From an uncultured Gemmatimonadales bacterium (lineage in GTDB: Bacteria; Gemmatimonadota; Gemmatimonadetes; Gemmatimonadales; Gemmatimonadaceae), in the NCBI GenBank assembly GCA_963707505.1, contig CAVPQB010000006.1:192001-256000 (forward strand): a stretch of 64,000 bases of DNA. The letters are read 5' to 3'. This document shows positions 39,217-49,428 of this stretch, piece after piece; positions within the stretch are counted from its first letter, which is position 1, and each line of letters begins with the position of its first letter. The position numbers were made by a program, and so were the translations under genes. The notes under the pieces are model-generated. The model was not told the origin of the DNA, did not search any database, and saw only the letters and a program-made list of their open reading frames with translations.

Positions 39217-39841
39217 TCCCTTGCCTATTCTCCGCGGTCGCGTCCAGGCTACGCCATAAATACCACGATGCAATCGTGCGATGCGGTGCCCATTTCGCGC
39301 CGACCTCGAGCACGCGCTTCGGAGTTGGAAGCTTGCGCATTCGGTAGGCGCGCTGAATTCCCTTCTGGATTCCGAGATCGAGATCCGGGAGCACATCGGG
39401 GCGTCCGAGCCGGAACATGAGGAACATCTGCGCGGTCCACCGCCCTATGCCCTTGATCGACGTGAGAGCCGCGATGATGTCATCATCGGACAGCTCACCC
39501 AGCTTGTCGATCGGTACATCGCCCGTGTGTACACGGGTCGCGAGATCGCGCAGGTAGCCAATCTTCTGGCGTGAGAGACCGACGGCGCGCATCTGGTCAT
39601 CGGACAGATCGATCAACTTGTGAGCGACCGGAGTCTCGTCGTCGAACAATGCGGCGAAACGGCCGTAGATGGTGGAAGCCGCCTTACCCGAGAGCTGCTG
39701 AAAAACGATCGACCGCGTGATGGCCGTGAAGTGCGCCATGTGCTCGGCGGGCGCAAACGTGCAGGGGCCGACCATGTCGATGACGGCAGCGAGCTTGGGA
39801 TCGGCCTTTCGGAGATGCGTGACTGCGCGTTTGTGGGACAT
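39212..39841 (-). CDS. alkA: DNA-3-methyladenine glycosylase II (AlkA/HhH-GPD family)
   Basis: IVFQQLSGKAASTI, HhH IKGIGRWTAQM, RPDVLPDLDLG, WAPHRT. Confidence 0.88.
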   Translation of the reverse strand: MSHKRAVTHLRKADPKLAAVIDMVGPCTFAPAEHMAHFTAITRSIVFQQLSGKAASTIYGRFAALFDDETPVAHKLIDLSDDQMRAVGLSRQKIGYLRDLATRVHTGDVPIDKLGELSDDDIIAALTSIKGIGRWTAQMFLMFRLGRPDVLPDLDLGIQKGIQRAYRMRKLPTPKRVLEVGAKWAPHRTIASWYLWRSLDATAENRQGK

Positions 39842-40050
39842 GTGACGAAGTTATTCGATCCATCATTTGCGAGGAGCCGGGCGTATGCGGAGGGTGAACG
39901 CGGCGCAGATCGTGCTCCCGGACGGGGAGCCGGCTCCGACTGGGCCGGATTTCGTATCAAAATTGTGATTTCCGCGGGCCGAATCAGGTGACTTTTACCG
40001 TATTGGCCCGCTAACTTTCCAGATTCATCCGAAACCAGGAGTAGCAGTAG

Positions 40051-41586
40051 ATGACGATCTCGTTGCGCAGCGCCATTCCGGCGCTTCTGTGCGCGGCCGG
40101 CTATGCCGGCTTGGCCGGCGCCCAGGGAACGCCAGCGGCAACCGCGCCGACCGCGTCGGCATGTGACCCGGGCGCGAGTCAGGCAGTCGCCAAGGCGACC
40201 TTGTTTCTTCAACAGGCTGCCGCGAGCGTCAATGCGAAGCAGGACGCCACCAAGCCTCTCAAGCTCGCGATCACGGCGCTGACGACGCCGACCAAGGACG
40301 CAAAGGACGCCGCCGATTCTGTCGGACGCGCGTACTATCTGGGTCAGGCGTACATCCTCATGTTGCAACAGACGGGGGTGCCGGCGTCCGGACCGCGCTC
40401 GACTTACGGAATAGCGACGCAGCCGACTGCGAACATCGACCTGCTCTCAGCCGCCGATTCCGCTTTCACCACTGTAGAGAAGGCACAGCCCGGCTGCAAG
40501 TCGGAGATCGAGCAGTGGCGCGAACAGAAGCCATGGCTCGAGTCTGTCAACGCCGCGATTGCGGCCGTCAACGCGGAGCACTACGACTCGGCTGAAGTTT
40601 ACGCCAAGCGTGCGCTGACGATCGACCGGAAGGCGCCGTACGCGTACACCGTGCTTGCATCGGTTGCGTCCAACAAGAAGGATTACGCGACTGCGACCGC
40701 AATGATGCGGAAGGCAATCGAAGCGGCCAGCGCAGATACGATCTACAACGACGCGAAGCAGAACGCGATGTATGATCTCGCGAATACGCTGTCCACGCAA
40801 TATGAGGGAGCTACCGGCGCCGACAAGGCAACGATCGGCAAGCAGGCTATCGACGCGTGGGAGGCTTACATTCCCGTCGGCACGATGGACGCACGCGTCG
40901 GGCATGCGCAGGCACTGGCGTCTCAGATTGCGCTCGCGATAAAGGACACGACCGAGTACGCGAAGATCTATGCGCCAGTCGCGGCGAATCCAGCCAGGTT
41001 CGGCGATCAGGCACTGCTCAACGCGGGTGTAATCGCAACGCAGGCCGAAAAGCCGGACGACGCGATCAAGCTGTTCTCCGCTGTGGTCGCGCGCAATCCA
41101 TATCAGCGTGATGCGCTCAAGAATCTCGCGGCGAGCTACGTCGGCGCCAAGCAGCCTGAGAAGGTTGCGCCTGTCGTCGACAAGCTGGTTGCGCTGGATC
41201 CAAACAGTGCGTCGAACTGGTTGCTGTACGCGTACGGCTACTCGGGCATGCTCAAGGAGACAAAGGATCCCAAGCTGACCAAGGCGTACACGGATTCGCT
41301 GGTGAAGTACAACACCAAGTCCGAGAAGATGACGCCGAACGTCGAGATCCAGCAGTTCGCAGTGGACAGCGCCGCGAAGTCGGCGACGTTGAGCGGAACG
41401 ATCGAGAATCGTGGAACGGCTGCCAAGTCGTACACGATGACTGTTGAATTCCTGGACAGGAGCGGCACTGTTGTAGGGACTCAGTCGGTGACTGTTGGTC
41501 CGGTCGCACCGAAGGCTTCGGCGCCGTTCAAGGCCAGTGCACAGGCATCTGGTGTTGCGGGCTACCGGTACAAGCCGATCGTGTAG
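40051..41586 (+). CDS. Secreted TPR-repeat protein with C-terminal beta (FxLYD-like) domain
   Basis: Signal peptide, Ala-rich TPR-like helices (NPYQRDALKNLA, LVALDPNS), C-terminal GTIENRG...VEFLDRSG. Confidence 0.75.
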   Translation: MTISLRSAIPALLCAAGYAGLAGAQGTPAATAPTASACDPGASQAVAKATLFLQQAAASVNAKQDATKPLKLAITALTTPTKDAKDAADSVGRAYYLGQAYILMLQQTGVPASGPRSTYGIATQPTANIDLLSAADSAFTTVEKAQPGCKSEIEQWREQKPWLESVNAAIAAVNAEHYDSAEVYAKRALTIDRKAPYAYTVLASVASNKKDYATATAMMRKAIEAASADTIYNDAKQNAMYDLANTLSTQYEGATGADKATIGKQAIDAWEAYIPVGTMDARVGHAQALASQIALAIKDTTEYAKIYAPVAANPARFGDQALLNAGVIATQAEKPDDAIKLFSAVVARNPYQRDALKNLAASYVGAKQPEKVAPVVDKLVALDPNSASNWLLYAYGYSGMLKETKDPKLTKAYTDSLVKYNTKSEKMTPNVEIQQFAVDSAAKSATLSGTIENRGTAAKSYTMTVEFLDRSGTVVGTQSVTVGPVAPKASAPFKASAQASGVAGYRYKPIV

Positions 41587-41614
41587 TCGGGCGACTGAGG
41601 TACGGTGGTATTAT

Positions 41615-41650
41615 AAAGGGGGCTCACGGAATGTTCGTGGGCCCCTTTTT
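41615..41650 (+). terminator. Rho-independent terminator
   Basis: aaagggggctcacg...cgtgggccccttttt. Confidence 0.8.
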
Positions 41651-41683
41651 CAAATCTCGCGTTTCAAACTCACAGGGGTCGTG

Positions 41684-42085
41684 ATGATGTCGGGATTGTT
41701 CAACAAGATGAACTTGAAAGATCAGACCGAAATCGTCGTCGTGAACGCGCCGGCGTCGTTCGAGCCTGAGCTGGCGAAGCTTGGCTCGGTAAGGGTCGTG
41801 CGCGATCCAGGCACGGTGAAGAAGATTGAATTCGCCATTGCGTTTGCGATTACGCAGGCCGAACTGGATCGCGCATCGAAGGCGTTGAGTGCGAGGGCGG
41901 AAGGCGATGCAATTTTGTGGATTGCATATCCCAAGGGGACGTCGAAGCGGTACAAGTGCGAGTTCAATCGAGATTCCGGGTGGACGGTGCTCAGTGACGC
42001 GGGATTCGAGAGTGTTCGGATGGTTGCGATAGACGAGGACTGGTCGGCGCTGAGATTTCGGAGAGCGGAGTATGTGAAGCGGTGA
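41684..42085 (+). CDS. Conserved hypothetical protein (DUF3052-like)
   Basis: VNAP, WIAYPKGTSK, NRDSGW, VAIDEDWSALRFRR motifs. Confidence 0.75.
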   Translation: MMSGLFNKMNLKDQTEIVVVNAPASFEPELAKLGSVRVVRDPGTVKKIEFAIAFAITQAELDRASKALSARAEGDAILWIAYPKGTSKRYKCEFNRDSGWTVLSDAGFESVRMVAIDEDWSALRFRRAEYVKR

Positions 42086-42180
42086 CGGATTCCGAAAAGG
42101 ATTCGCTCGGTAGCTCGATGATACGAGCGCGGAGTGTTTTCCGAGCAAGTATGTGCAATGACGCGGGAAACGAAGCCTCC

Positions 42181-42261
42181 GAAGTTGCGCGCGTGATTCG
42201 GGCACTCGACGGAGAGGAACATTTAATGGCGCGACTTCTCTACGGCGGCGGACTGCGTCTA
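42181..42261 (+). pseudogene. Fragment of integron-integrase-like tyrosine recombinase (box I)
   Basis: EVARVIRALDGEEHLMARLLYGGGLRL matches IntI-type EVxxLLxxLxG...LMAxLLYGxGLRL; similarity stops abruptly on both sides. Confidence 0.65.
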
Positions 42262-42326
42262 GCCGCTGCGAGATACTCGTCGACAAGCGACAATCCAGCG
42301 GAACGCCCAACTCGGAGTAAACTCAC

Positions 42327-42887
42327 GTGGGACTTCTAACCTTCAGCCTCAACGTCACCCTGGACGGCTGCGTCGATCACCAGGAAGGAATCGCCGACGA
42401 CGAGACACACGCGTTCTTCACCCGCCTCATGGACGAGGGCGGGGCGATGCTTTGGGGCCGCATCACCTACGAGATGATGGAGGGCTACTGGCCGGCGGTC
42501 GCTCGCGGCGATGAGGAGGCGCCGCCGGCGATGCGCGAGTGGGCGGTCAAGCTGGAGGCCAAGCCGAAGTACGTAGTGTCGTCGACGCGAACGGACTTCC
42601 CGTGGACCAACAGCCACCACATCGCCGGCGACTTGCGCACGAGCGTGCAGAAACTCAAGGATGCGACCCCTGCCGGCGTGCTCCTCGGTAGCGGCAAGCT
42701 CGCGACCGAGCTGGACCGGCTGGATCTGATCGACGAGTACAAGTTCCTCGTCCACCCCAGGATCGCCGGTCACGGCCCGACCCTTTACCAGAGCGGGCTA
42801 CCCAGCACGCGACGGCTCGAGCTGGTCTCGTCGGCGCCGCTCCACAACGGCGCAGTCGCTATGCACTACCGGCGCGCGCGGGGCTAA
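42327..42887 (+). CDS. Dihydrofolate reductase/RibD C-terminal family protein
   Basis: NVTLDG, LWGRITYEMM, KYVVSST, GSGKLA, LIDEY. Confidence 0.88.
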   Translation: MGLLTFSLNVTLDGCVDHQEGIADDETHAFFTRLMDEGGAMLWGRITYEMMEGYWPAVARGDEEAPPAMREWAVKLEAKPKYVVSSTRTDFPWTNSHHIAGDLRTSVQKLKDATPAGVLLGSGKLATELDRLDLIDEYKFLVHPRIAGHGPTLYQSGLPSTRRLELVSSAPLHNGAVAMHYRRARG

Positions 42888-43016
42888 CAACGGGTTCGGC
42901 GGATTCTGTGAGCGTATCGGCCGCCCGTGCACCGGCCGCCCTCATGAGTGCCTTCGCGTTCGAGGTCGTAGTACCTTGCGAGATCCTATCGGACATCTAT
43001 GCGGAGGTGTGAGGGC

Positions 43017-43563
43017 ATGGGTAAGCTCGTTTTCGGCATGATGCAGTCCCTCGACGGCTACGTCGATGGCGTCGCGGGCGAGCTGGAATTGCCTCCGCCT
43101 GGCGTTGCGCTTGGCCGTCATTTCACGGATCACGTCCGCGGCCTGGCCGGCTGCCTTGTATGGTCGACGGATATACGAGATCATGCGCTACTGGGACGAG
43201 GATCGACCGGAGTGGGATGCGGGCGACCACGACTTCGCGGCGGCGTGGCGGGCGCAGCCGAAATGGGTCGTCTCACGTACGCTGAAGTCGGTCGGCGCGA
43301 ACGCCACACTCGTCGGGGAGAACGTCGACGCGTTTGTGCGCAGACTGAAGAAGGACGTCGAGGGTGAGATCGACGTCGCGGGGCCCACCCTGGCGGCGAG
43401 CCTCACCGACCTCGGTCTCATCGACGAGTATCGTCTCTACTTCCGCCCCTTCGTGCTTGGCGGCGGCAAGCCGTACTTTGCCGGCGCGCGGCCACCGCTC
43501 CGCATCATTGCCAGCGATCGTGTTGGCGAGGACGCGGTTCGGCTGACGTGTGTCCCAGCCTGA
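43017..43563 (+). CDS. Second DHFR/RibD C-terminal family protein (frameshift near 43155)
   Basis: MGKLVFGMMQSLDGYV then YGRRIYEIMRYW, KWVVSRTL, LIDEYRLY. Confidence 0.85.
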
Positions 43564-43680
43564 GCATGCGATTCCACCCGCCCGGCTTCACTCCGCGCTC
43601 GTAGCAGTCAGCGAGGCTGCGGATCCGTCGTTCGGAAATCACCCGTGCAGTTGAACGTACGAGCAGAAACGGAGCGAGAC

Positions 43681-44110
43681 ATGGACGTGCACACGCAGAT
43701 CAGCGACTACCTGGCCGCTCAACCGGAGCGCAAGCGCGGTGACATGCAAGCGCTGCACAGCATGATGCTGAGGGCGATGCCCGAACACTCGGTTGTGGTT
43801 CCTGGATGGTAAGGACGAGGGTGGTCGAACGGTCTCCAACCCGAGCATCGGCTATGGACTCCTGACCATCGCCTACGCCGATGGGCGAACCAGAGAGTTC
43901 TATCAGATTGGCCTGAGCGCGAACACAGCCGGGATCTCCGTTTACATCATGGGGCTCGATGACAAGACATACCTGGCTCGGACCTATGGCGGGAAACTCG
44001 GCAAGGCGAGTGTGACGGGGTACTGCATCAAGTTCAGCGCACTTCGCAACATCGAGCTCGACGTGCTCGAAGCGGCGATCCGAGACGGAATTGCGCGGAC
44101 CAGCACGTGA
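43681..44110 (+). CDS. DUF1801-like protein (frameshift near 43790)
   Basis: MDVHTQISDYLAAQPERKRGDMQALH then WFLDG...IGYG...ISVYIMG...LGKASVTGYCIKF. Confidence 0.75.
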
Positions 44111-44211
44111 CGACCCGCGTCGTATCTGTTCGCATCTGATCATATCTGATACGTTGCAGATGCCGCGTAAATTGCGCGCGGACGTTCTGGTCAGGAATGA
44201 GAGGAGACGGG

Positions 44212-44664
44212 ATGACTCTTAAGCGGATGGACAACGTCGGCATCGTGGTAGAATCCCTCGATGCCGCCATCTCATTCTTCGCCGAGCTTGGCCTGAGACT
44301 CGAAGGGCGAGCCACGATCGAAGGAGAGTGGGCCGGGCGCGTCACCGGACTGGGGACCCAGCACGTCGAGATCGCCATGCTGGTCACTCCAGACGGCCAC
44401 AGTCGGCTCGAGCTTTCGCGATTCCTCACCCCGCCCGTCGTCGCCGATCACCGGAACGCCCCGGTGAACGCGCTCGGCTACCTGCGCGTCATGTTCACGG
44501 TGGACGACATCGACGAGACGCTCGCCAGGCTCCGCAAGCGAGGCGCGCAGCTCGTCGGCGACGTGGTTCAGTACGAAGACGCGTATCGGCTCTGCTACAT
44601 CCGCGGCCCCGAAGGACTTCTCATCGGGCTCGCCGAGGAGCTCAGGTCCAGCGTCCCCGCATAG
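44212..44664 (+). CDS. VOC/glyoxalase family protein
   Basis: MDNVGIVVESLDAAISFF, LELSRF, FTVDDID, YIRGPEG. Confidence 0.9.
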   Translation: MTLKRMDNVGIVVESLDAAISFFAELGLRLEGRATIEGEWAGRVTGLGTQHVEIAMLVTPDGHSRLELSRFLTPPVVADHRNAPVNALGYLRVMFTVDDIDETLARLRKRGAQLVGDVVQYEDAYRLCYIRGPEGLLIGLAEELRSSVPA

Positions 44665-44741
44665 GCGCCGTTGCCTCGCGGCGCGCGGACGGCGTTCGCA
44701 TCCTTCGTCAATCGGTGAACCATTACTACCCGGAGCGCCCG

Positions 44742-45125
44742 ATGAAACCAAGCCTCATGTTGACCGTCGCGTCACTGCTCACGCTTCTCCTCATCATGTT
44801 TCACCTGACGGACGACGTCCTCCTTCAGGCCGAGGGAGCGGTCAGATACCCCATTCCGGTCCTCATCTTCGTCGTATGGCTGTACGGAACGCTCATGCTA
44901 TCCGATCGGGTGCCGGGGTACATCATCATGCTGCTCGGTGGGTTGGCCGCGGCAGGCATGATCGTCATCCACTCGAAGGGTGGCGTAGTCCACAAGAACG
45001 GCGGCTTCTTTTTCGTGTGGACGATGTTCGCGCTCAGTGCAACGGGTTGGTTCACCGCGATCCTCTCGGCACGCGGATTGTGGCTGACGCTTCGCGCCAG
45101 ACGTTCAAGACTGCCCGCCAGCTGA
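44742..45125 (+). CDS. Small 4-TM membrane protein
   Basis: GGAG RBS, MKPSLMLTVASLL..., four hydrophobic segments. Confidence 0.72.
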   Translation: MKPSLMLTVASLLTLLLIMFHLTDDVLLQAEGAVRYPIPVLIFVVWLYGTLMLSDRVPGYIIMLLGGLAAAGMIVIHSKGGVVHKNGGFFFVWTMFALSATGWFTAILSARGLWLTLRARRSRLPAS

Positions 45126-45257
45126 GCACCGAGGTCGGACCCGAGTGTCCTGAACATCGACGACTCGAGGGCCGTTGCCTTCACGCTCGACGCAAGACCA
45201 CGAAAGACGCTAGGTTGGCGCACACCTCTAGTGCGCTCGCAAACGACGCGAGGTATC

Positions 45258-45566
45258 ATGGAAACGCCCGATGCAATCACTGCCGCAGGTACAGCCAGCC
45301 AGCTTCGCATGTGGCTTGGTGTCACCCTCCTTGGCGTGGGCTTGCTGGCTCATCTGCTCTCAGCGCAGGCGATCGGCGGCCGTTACGTGGCGTACAGGGA
45401 CCACATCTTTGGCTTCGTCCTCCTTACGGTAGTCGCAGGCGTCATCATCGCGGGGCTCGGCTGGCGGTTCTGGCGAGGCCGCCACGACATTACGCTGCTG
45501 GCTCTCGGCCTGGTCCAGGCGATACTGGGCTTTGTGGTCTGGCTGAACAGGTTCAGCATGCACTGA
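45258..45566 (+). CDS. Small 3-TM membrane protein
   Basis: GAGG RBS; three hydrophobic segments. Confidence 0.68.
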   Translation: METPDAITAAGTASQLRMWLGVTLLGVGLLAHLLSAQAIGGRYVAYRDHIFGFVLLTVVAGVIIAGLGWRFWRGRHDITLLALGLVQAILGFVVWLNRFSMH

Positions 45567-45716
45567 TTGGTTCGTCCGCTCCTGCAGGCTCGCGGTATGC
45601 CATGGCTCATTCGTGCCATGCCGGAACGTTCACACTCGCGATCCCCCGGAAACGCACGTAGCTTTCGGGCTGCACCGAACGTTGGGTGACCACCGTAGCA
45701 TACCTGGGAGAATTCT

Positions 45717-46235
45717 ATGCGTACGCTTCACCGGCTCACGTGCACCTGGATCGGTTTAGGAACCGTCGTCTTTGCGGCATGCGCGAAGACGGATCAGAAT
45801 GCGTCGACTGACACCGCTGCCGTGGCGCCGGCAGCCGGGGCGACGACGGCGTCCACACCAGCACCAGCCGCCGCGGCGCCGATCAATCTTGCGGACGTCG
45901 CCGGCAAGTGGAATAGCCGGGCCACGCCGGCCAGTGGTCCTGACACTACACCCACCGTGTCGGTCATGACGGCGACCGGGACGACGTCCGGATGGACGAT
46001 CATGTTCCCTGGGCATGGTGCGCCGATCGCCGAGCGTGTCGCGGTGAGCGGCGACAGTATCATGGTGGACGCGGGGCCGTACCCAAGCGTGCGTCGTAAG
46101 GGGCAGCAGGTCACGACGCACACTGTGTTGCGCATGCAGGACGGGAACCTTGTCGGGGAAACCGTAGCGCACTACGCGGTGAAGACCGCCGACTCGGTGT
46201 TGGTACTGCACACCGTATCGACGCGCGCGAAGTGA
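45717..46235 (+). CDS. Putative lipoprotein
   Basis: Lipobox-like FAAC, Ala/Pro linker, beta-rich domain starting DVAGKW. Confidence 0.75.
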   Translation: MRTLHRLTCTWIGLGTVVFAACAKTDQNASTDTAAVAPAAGATTASTPAPAAAAPINLADVAGKWNSRATPASGPDTTPTVSVMTATGTTSGWTIMFPGHGAPIAERVAVSGDSIMVDAGPYPSVRRKGQQVTTHTVLRMQDGNLVGETVAHYAVKTADSVLVLHTVSTRAK

Positions 46236-46262
46236 CGTAGCGATTGTGTCGGGATGTCGATA

Positions 46263-46305
46263 CGGCAGGGGCGCGGTTTCCGTCGAGGAGGCCGCGCCCC
46301 TGCCG
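46263..46305. terminator. GC-rich hairpin between convergent genes
   Basis: cggcaggggcgcgg...ccgcgcccctgccg. Confidence 0.6.
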
Positions 46306-46372
46306 CGCTTTCAGGAATGAGAATCCTTTTCGCTGTCTTCCGGGGATCCCGTTCGCCGCGAATCGCGAACAA

Positions 46373-46861
46373 CTACTTCATCGCGAGCACGTGCTCCACG
46401 AATTGATCGACAGCGATCTCGGTGCCCTGGTAAAAGCCTGACGCTTTGTTTTTCTCGAGGTCCGCTTCATCCCGGTGCAGCGCCGTAAAGACATAACGAG
46501 TGCCGGTTCCCACTGGTTCCATCGTCATGATGGCGGTGATCGGAATGTCGTCAAAGACAGCCGGACGATAGTCGGGGAACAACATGGAGGTCCAGACAAG
46601 GCGTTCCATCGGAACGACTTCCAGAACACAGCCGACGTTGGGAACCTCCGGACCGTCTGCCACTGCGATGTCGATGCTGATGATGCCACCCGGCCGCAGG
46701 TCCAGTTCGGCACGCGACACGCGCCCCCAGGCCTTGGGCATGTACCACTCCTTGAGATGTTCCGGTTTCGTCAACGCTTCCCAGACTAGCCGAGTGGGTG
46801 CGTCGATGAACCGTTCGATAGCGAAATCGAGTTTCGGATTGACGGTGACTTGCTTGCTCAT
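46373..46861 (-). CDS. SRPBCC/AHSA1-family protein
   Basis: IERFIDAPTRLVWEALTKPEHLKEW, DLRPGG, EVVPMERLVWT; overlaps the ArsR stop. Confidence 0.9.
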   Translation of the reverse strand: MSKQVTVNPKLDFAIERFIDAPTRLVWEALTKPEHLKEWYMPKAWGRVSRAELDLRPGGIISIDIAVADGPEVPNVGCVLEVVPMERLVWTSMLFPDYRPAVFDDIPITAIMTMEPVGTGTRYVFTALHRDEADLEKNKASGFYQGTEIAVDQFVEHVLAMK

Positions 46862-47211
46862 GAGTCTGACTCCTTCTGCTTGAGTTGTTTGACGTATTCG
46901 TCGAAGCGGTCCAGTCGAGCTTCCCACAACTTGCGACGCGCGGTCAGCCAGTCTTCAACGACCTTGAACCGCTCGGGTGCGATCTCATACGTCCGCACTC
47001 GCCCGCGCTTTTTCGACTTCACCAGTCGACTCTGTTCGAGCACCGAGAGGTGCTGCACGAATGACGGGAGTTGCATGTCGAACGGTGCCGCCAGTTCGCT
47101 GACAGTGGCTGGTCCGACAGACAGTCGCTCCAGGACTTTCCGCCGAGTCGGGTTGGACAAGGCGTGAAAAACTTTGTCTGCGGCTGCGAATTGAACCATT
47201 TCCGACACCAT
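46858..47211 (-). CDS. ArsR/SmtB-family transcriptional regulator
   Basis: VFHALSNPTRR, TVSELAAPFDM, QHLSVLE, KRGRVR. Confidence 0.92.
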   Translation of the reverse strand: MVSEMVQFAAADKVFHALSNPTRRKVLERLSVGPATVSELAAPFDMQLPSFVQHLSVLEQSRLVKSKKRGRVRTYEIAPERFKVVEDWLTARRKLWEARLDRFDEYVKQLKQKESDS

Positions 47212-47459
47212 CCAGGGGCTCGGGTTATCCGATCTGACCGACGGGATTATACAACGGTGGAATACTTTTGTAAATACCTAAGTATTTGCCTATCCTGGAA
47301 GCGCCGGCTCTTCACATGGAGACAGGAACTCGGAAGACGGTTTACCTTAGTTTTACGGCTTTTTGAAAGCTCCTGTCGAGTTTGACCGGTCTCGTTCGAC
47401 GTATCGGTAAGGCCGCGAAGGGCGCGGCGCTGGTCCGGAACCGAATTCAGGAGAGAACA

Positions 47460-47861
47460 ATGCGTTTCATGGTCATTGGCAAGGCAACGAAGGAATCCGA
47501 AGCGGGCACCTGCCGACGCCGGAAGCGTTCGACGCGATGGCAAGTACAACGAAGAGCTCGTGAAGGCTGGCATCCTCCTCGCCGCCGAGGGGCTCGCAGC
47601 GACCTCGAAGGGTGCGCGCGTGAAGTTCAGCGGCGACAAGCGCACCGTCATCGATGGTCCGTTCACCGAGACGAAAGAGCTCATTGCGGGCTTCACGATC
47701 ATTCAGGTGAAGTCACTCGAAGAAGCGATCGAGTGGGTGAAGCGCGCTCCGAACATCTTGCGAACGGCGAGATGGAGGTCGAGATCCGCAAGCTGATGGA
47801 CCTCGAGGATTTCGGTGAAGAGTTCACGCCGAACCCCGAAATCGCGAAAGTGAAGTTCTAG
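47460..47861 (+). CDS. YciI/DGPF-family protein (frameshifts)
   Basis: MRFMVIGKATKESEAG; YNEELVKAGILL; DGPFTETKELIAGF; EVEIRKL. Confidence 0.85.
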   Translation: MRFMVIGKATKESEAGTCRRRKRSTRWQVQRRAREGWHPPRRRGARSDLEGCAREVQRRQAHRHRWSVHRDERAHCGLHDHSGEVTRRSDRVGEARSEHLANGEMEVEIRKLMDLEDFGEEFTPNPEIAKVKF

Positions 47862-47877
47862 CAGATGCCGGCCAGAG

Positions 47878-48114
47878 GTGCGTGGCGAGCTCGCTGGCGG
47901 GCCATGGACCGACGGTGTTCGCGGGACTATCGAAGCATGTCGACTTGAAGCTCGTGGACCGGCTGGAATTCGGCTCACGGCGGACGGCGTCGCCGATCTC
48001 CGCCGTGAGCTCGTCGAGCGTTCCGTTCCGAACAAGGAAAGCTGGTGGGGGTACGACGCGCTCCAGGTCGACGATCCCGACGGCAACGAGCTGCTCTTTC
48101 CGCTCCCGGAATAA
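47878..48114 (+). pseudogene. C-terminal fragment of a VOC/glyoxalase-like protein
   Basis: Ends WWGYDALQVDDPDGNELLF; the N-terminal VOC half is missing. Confidence 0.55.
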
Positions 48115-48238
48115 GCAATGGCGGCGCGATAGCCAGATAGTCACGAACAATTTCGTACTGTTGTCGACTTCAAGTGAATCCGTCGTTAGGCCCCAGAACA
48201 CGCACTCTCCCTCACAACCACCCGACCTTGGAGGTTCC

Positions 48239-48625
48239 ATGAAGCGAGTCACTGGCATTGGCGGCGTCTTCTTCAAAGCCAAAGACGCACCGTCACTACA
48301 GGCGTGGTACAAGCAGCACCTCGGAATCGATGTCCAGGAATGGGGTGGCGCGGCTTTCACCTGGGCCGATGGTGAAGGCAAGCCGGTTGCCGGAACAACC
48401 GCGTGGTCCATCAATTCGGAGCACAGCAACCAGTTTGCGCCCAGCACTGCACCTTTCATGATCAATTACCGAGTGGACGACCTCCGCGGTCTGGTCAAGG
48501 CCCTACGCGAAGAAGGCTGCAACGTTCTCGACAAGGTCGACGATTCCGAATACGGCACGTTTGCATGGGTCATCGATCCCGAAGGAAACAAGGTAGAACT
48601 TTGGCAACCGCCTGCCGGCCAATGA
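48239..48625 (+). CDS. VOC/glyoxalase family protein
   Basis: GGAGG RBS; MKRVTGIGGVFFKAKD, MINYRVDDL, DPEGNKVELWQP. Confidence 0.92.
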   Translation: MKRVTGIGGVFFKAKDAPSLQAWYKQHLGIDVQEWGGAAFTWADGEGKPVAGTTAWSINSEHSNQFAPSTAPFMINYRVDDLRGLVKALREEGCNVLDKVDDSEYGTFAWVIDPEGNKVELWQPPAGQ

Positions 48626-48772
48626 TCGTGACAGTCCGCCAGCACGAAGGCGGCACGCCTTGAGCTTTGGGGATTGTTCAGCGTAGCGCGCCAACGGTCG
48701 CAGTCCCCAACGTATGCGGCTATCTTTACCTCGTCTTTCACCCTTCCCTCCCACGGTGGCCGCAGCAGACCT

Positions 48773-49396
48773 GTGAATTTCTCTCGCCTCTCCGCTACCG
48801 CCCTCGTTGCACTTGGGCTGATACTTGCCCGCCCCACGGCCACCGCGCAGGCACAAGGGTCGATGGCCGGCATGAACATGGGCGACCATGGCCACATCAC
48901 GATCCCCAAAGGCGTGCTCTACACGGTGCCTGACGTCGAGTTCATGCAGGGGATGATCGCCCATCACGCGCAGGCGATCTACATGTCGCGGATGGCTGCC
49001 GCGCACCAGGCTGACCCGCGCGCTGCTGAAGCTCGCGAACAAGATCGACCAGTCACAGGTGGCAGAGATCCGGATCATGCAGGAATGGCTCACCCGGAAT
49101 GGACAGGTCGCTCCGGATACGTCCTCGTGGCGCACCGTGACGATGCCGGGGATGCTGACTGACGGCGCAGCTCAAGGAGCTCGACGCCGCGAGCGGCACC
49201 GCATTCGACCGCGCGTACCTCACGCTGATGATCCAGCACCACGAGGGCGCGCTGAAAATGGTCGACGATCTGTTTGCCACGCCGCGGAACGGCGCAGGAC
49301 GTGAACGTGAACGTGTTCGCGAACGATGTCGTCGCGGTTCAGACCGCCGAGATCAACGCGATGCGCCAGATGCTTTCGCAGCTGTCCGAGAACTGA
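48773..49396 (+). CDS. DUF305 (ferritin-like) secreted protein (frameshifts)
   Basis: DVEFMQGMIAHHAQAIYMS; Q.AEIRIMQEWL; MPGML; FDRAYLTLMIQHHEGALKM in a shifted frame. Confidence 0.85.
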
Positions 49397-49428
49397 ACCC
49401 TTAACACATCACCCGGAGTCATTACCTG

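Noticed and set aside
38068..39396. Long antisense ORFs (also 23747..24679, 15493..16563, 28136..29083, 39613..40368)
   Set aside because: Shadow frames of well-supported genes in high-GC DNA, with no recognisable motifs.
42327..43563. Trimethoprim-resistance dfr genes
   Set aside because: Motifs fit the widespread RibD C-terminal/DHFR-like family; nothing supports a resistance call.
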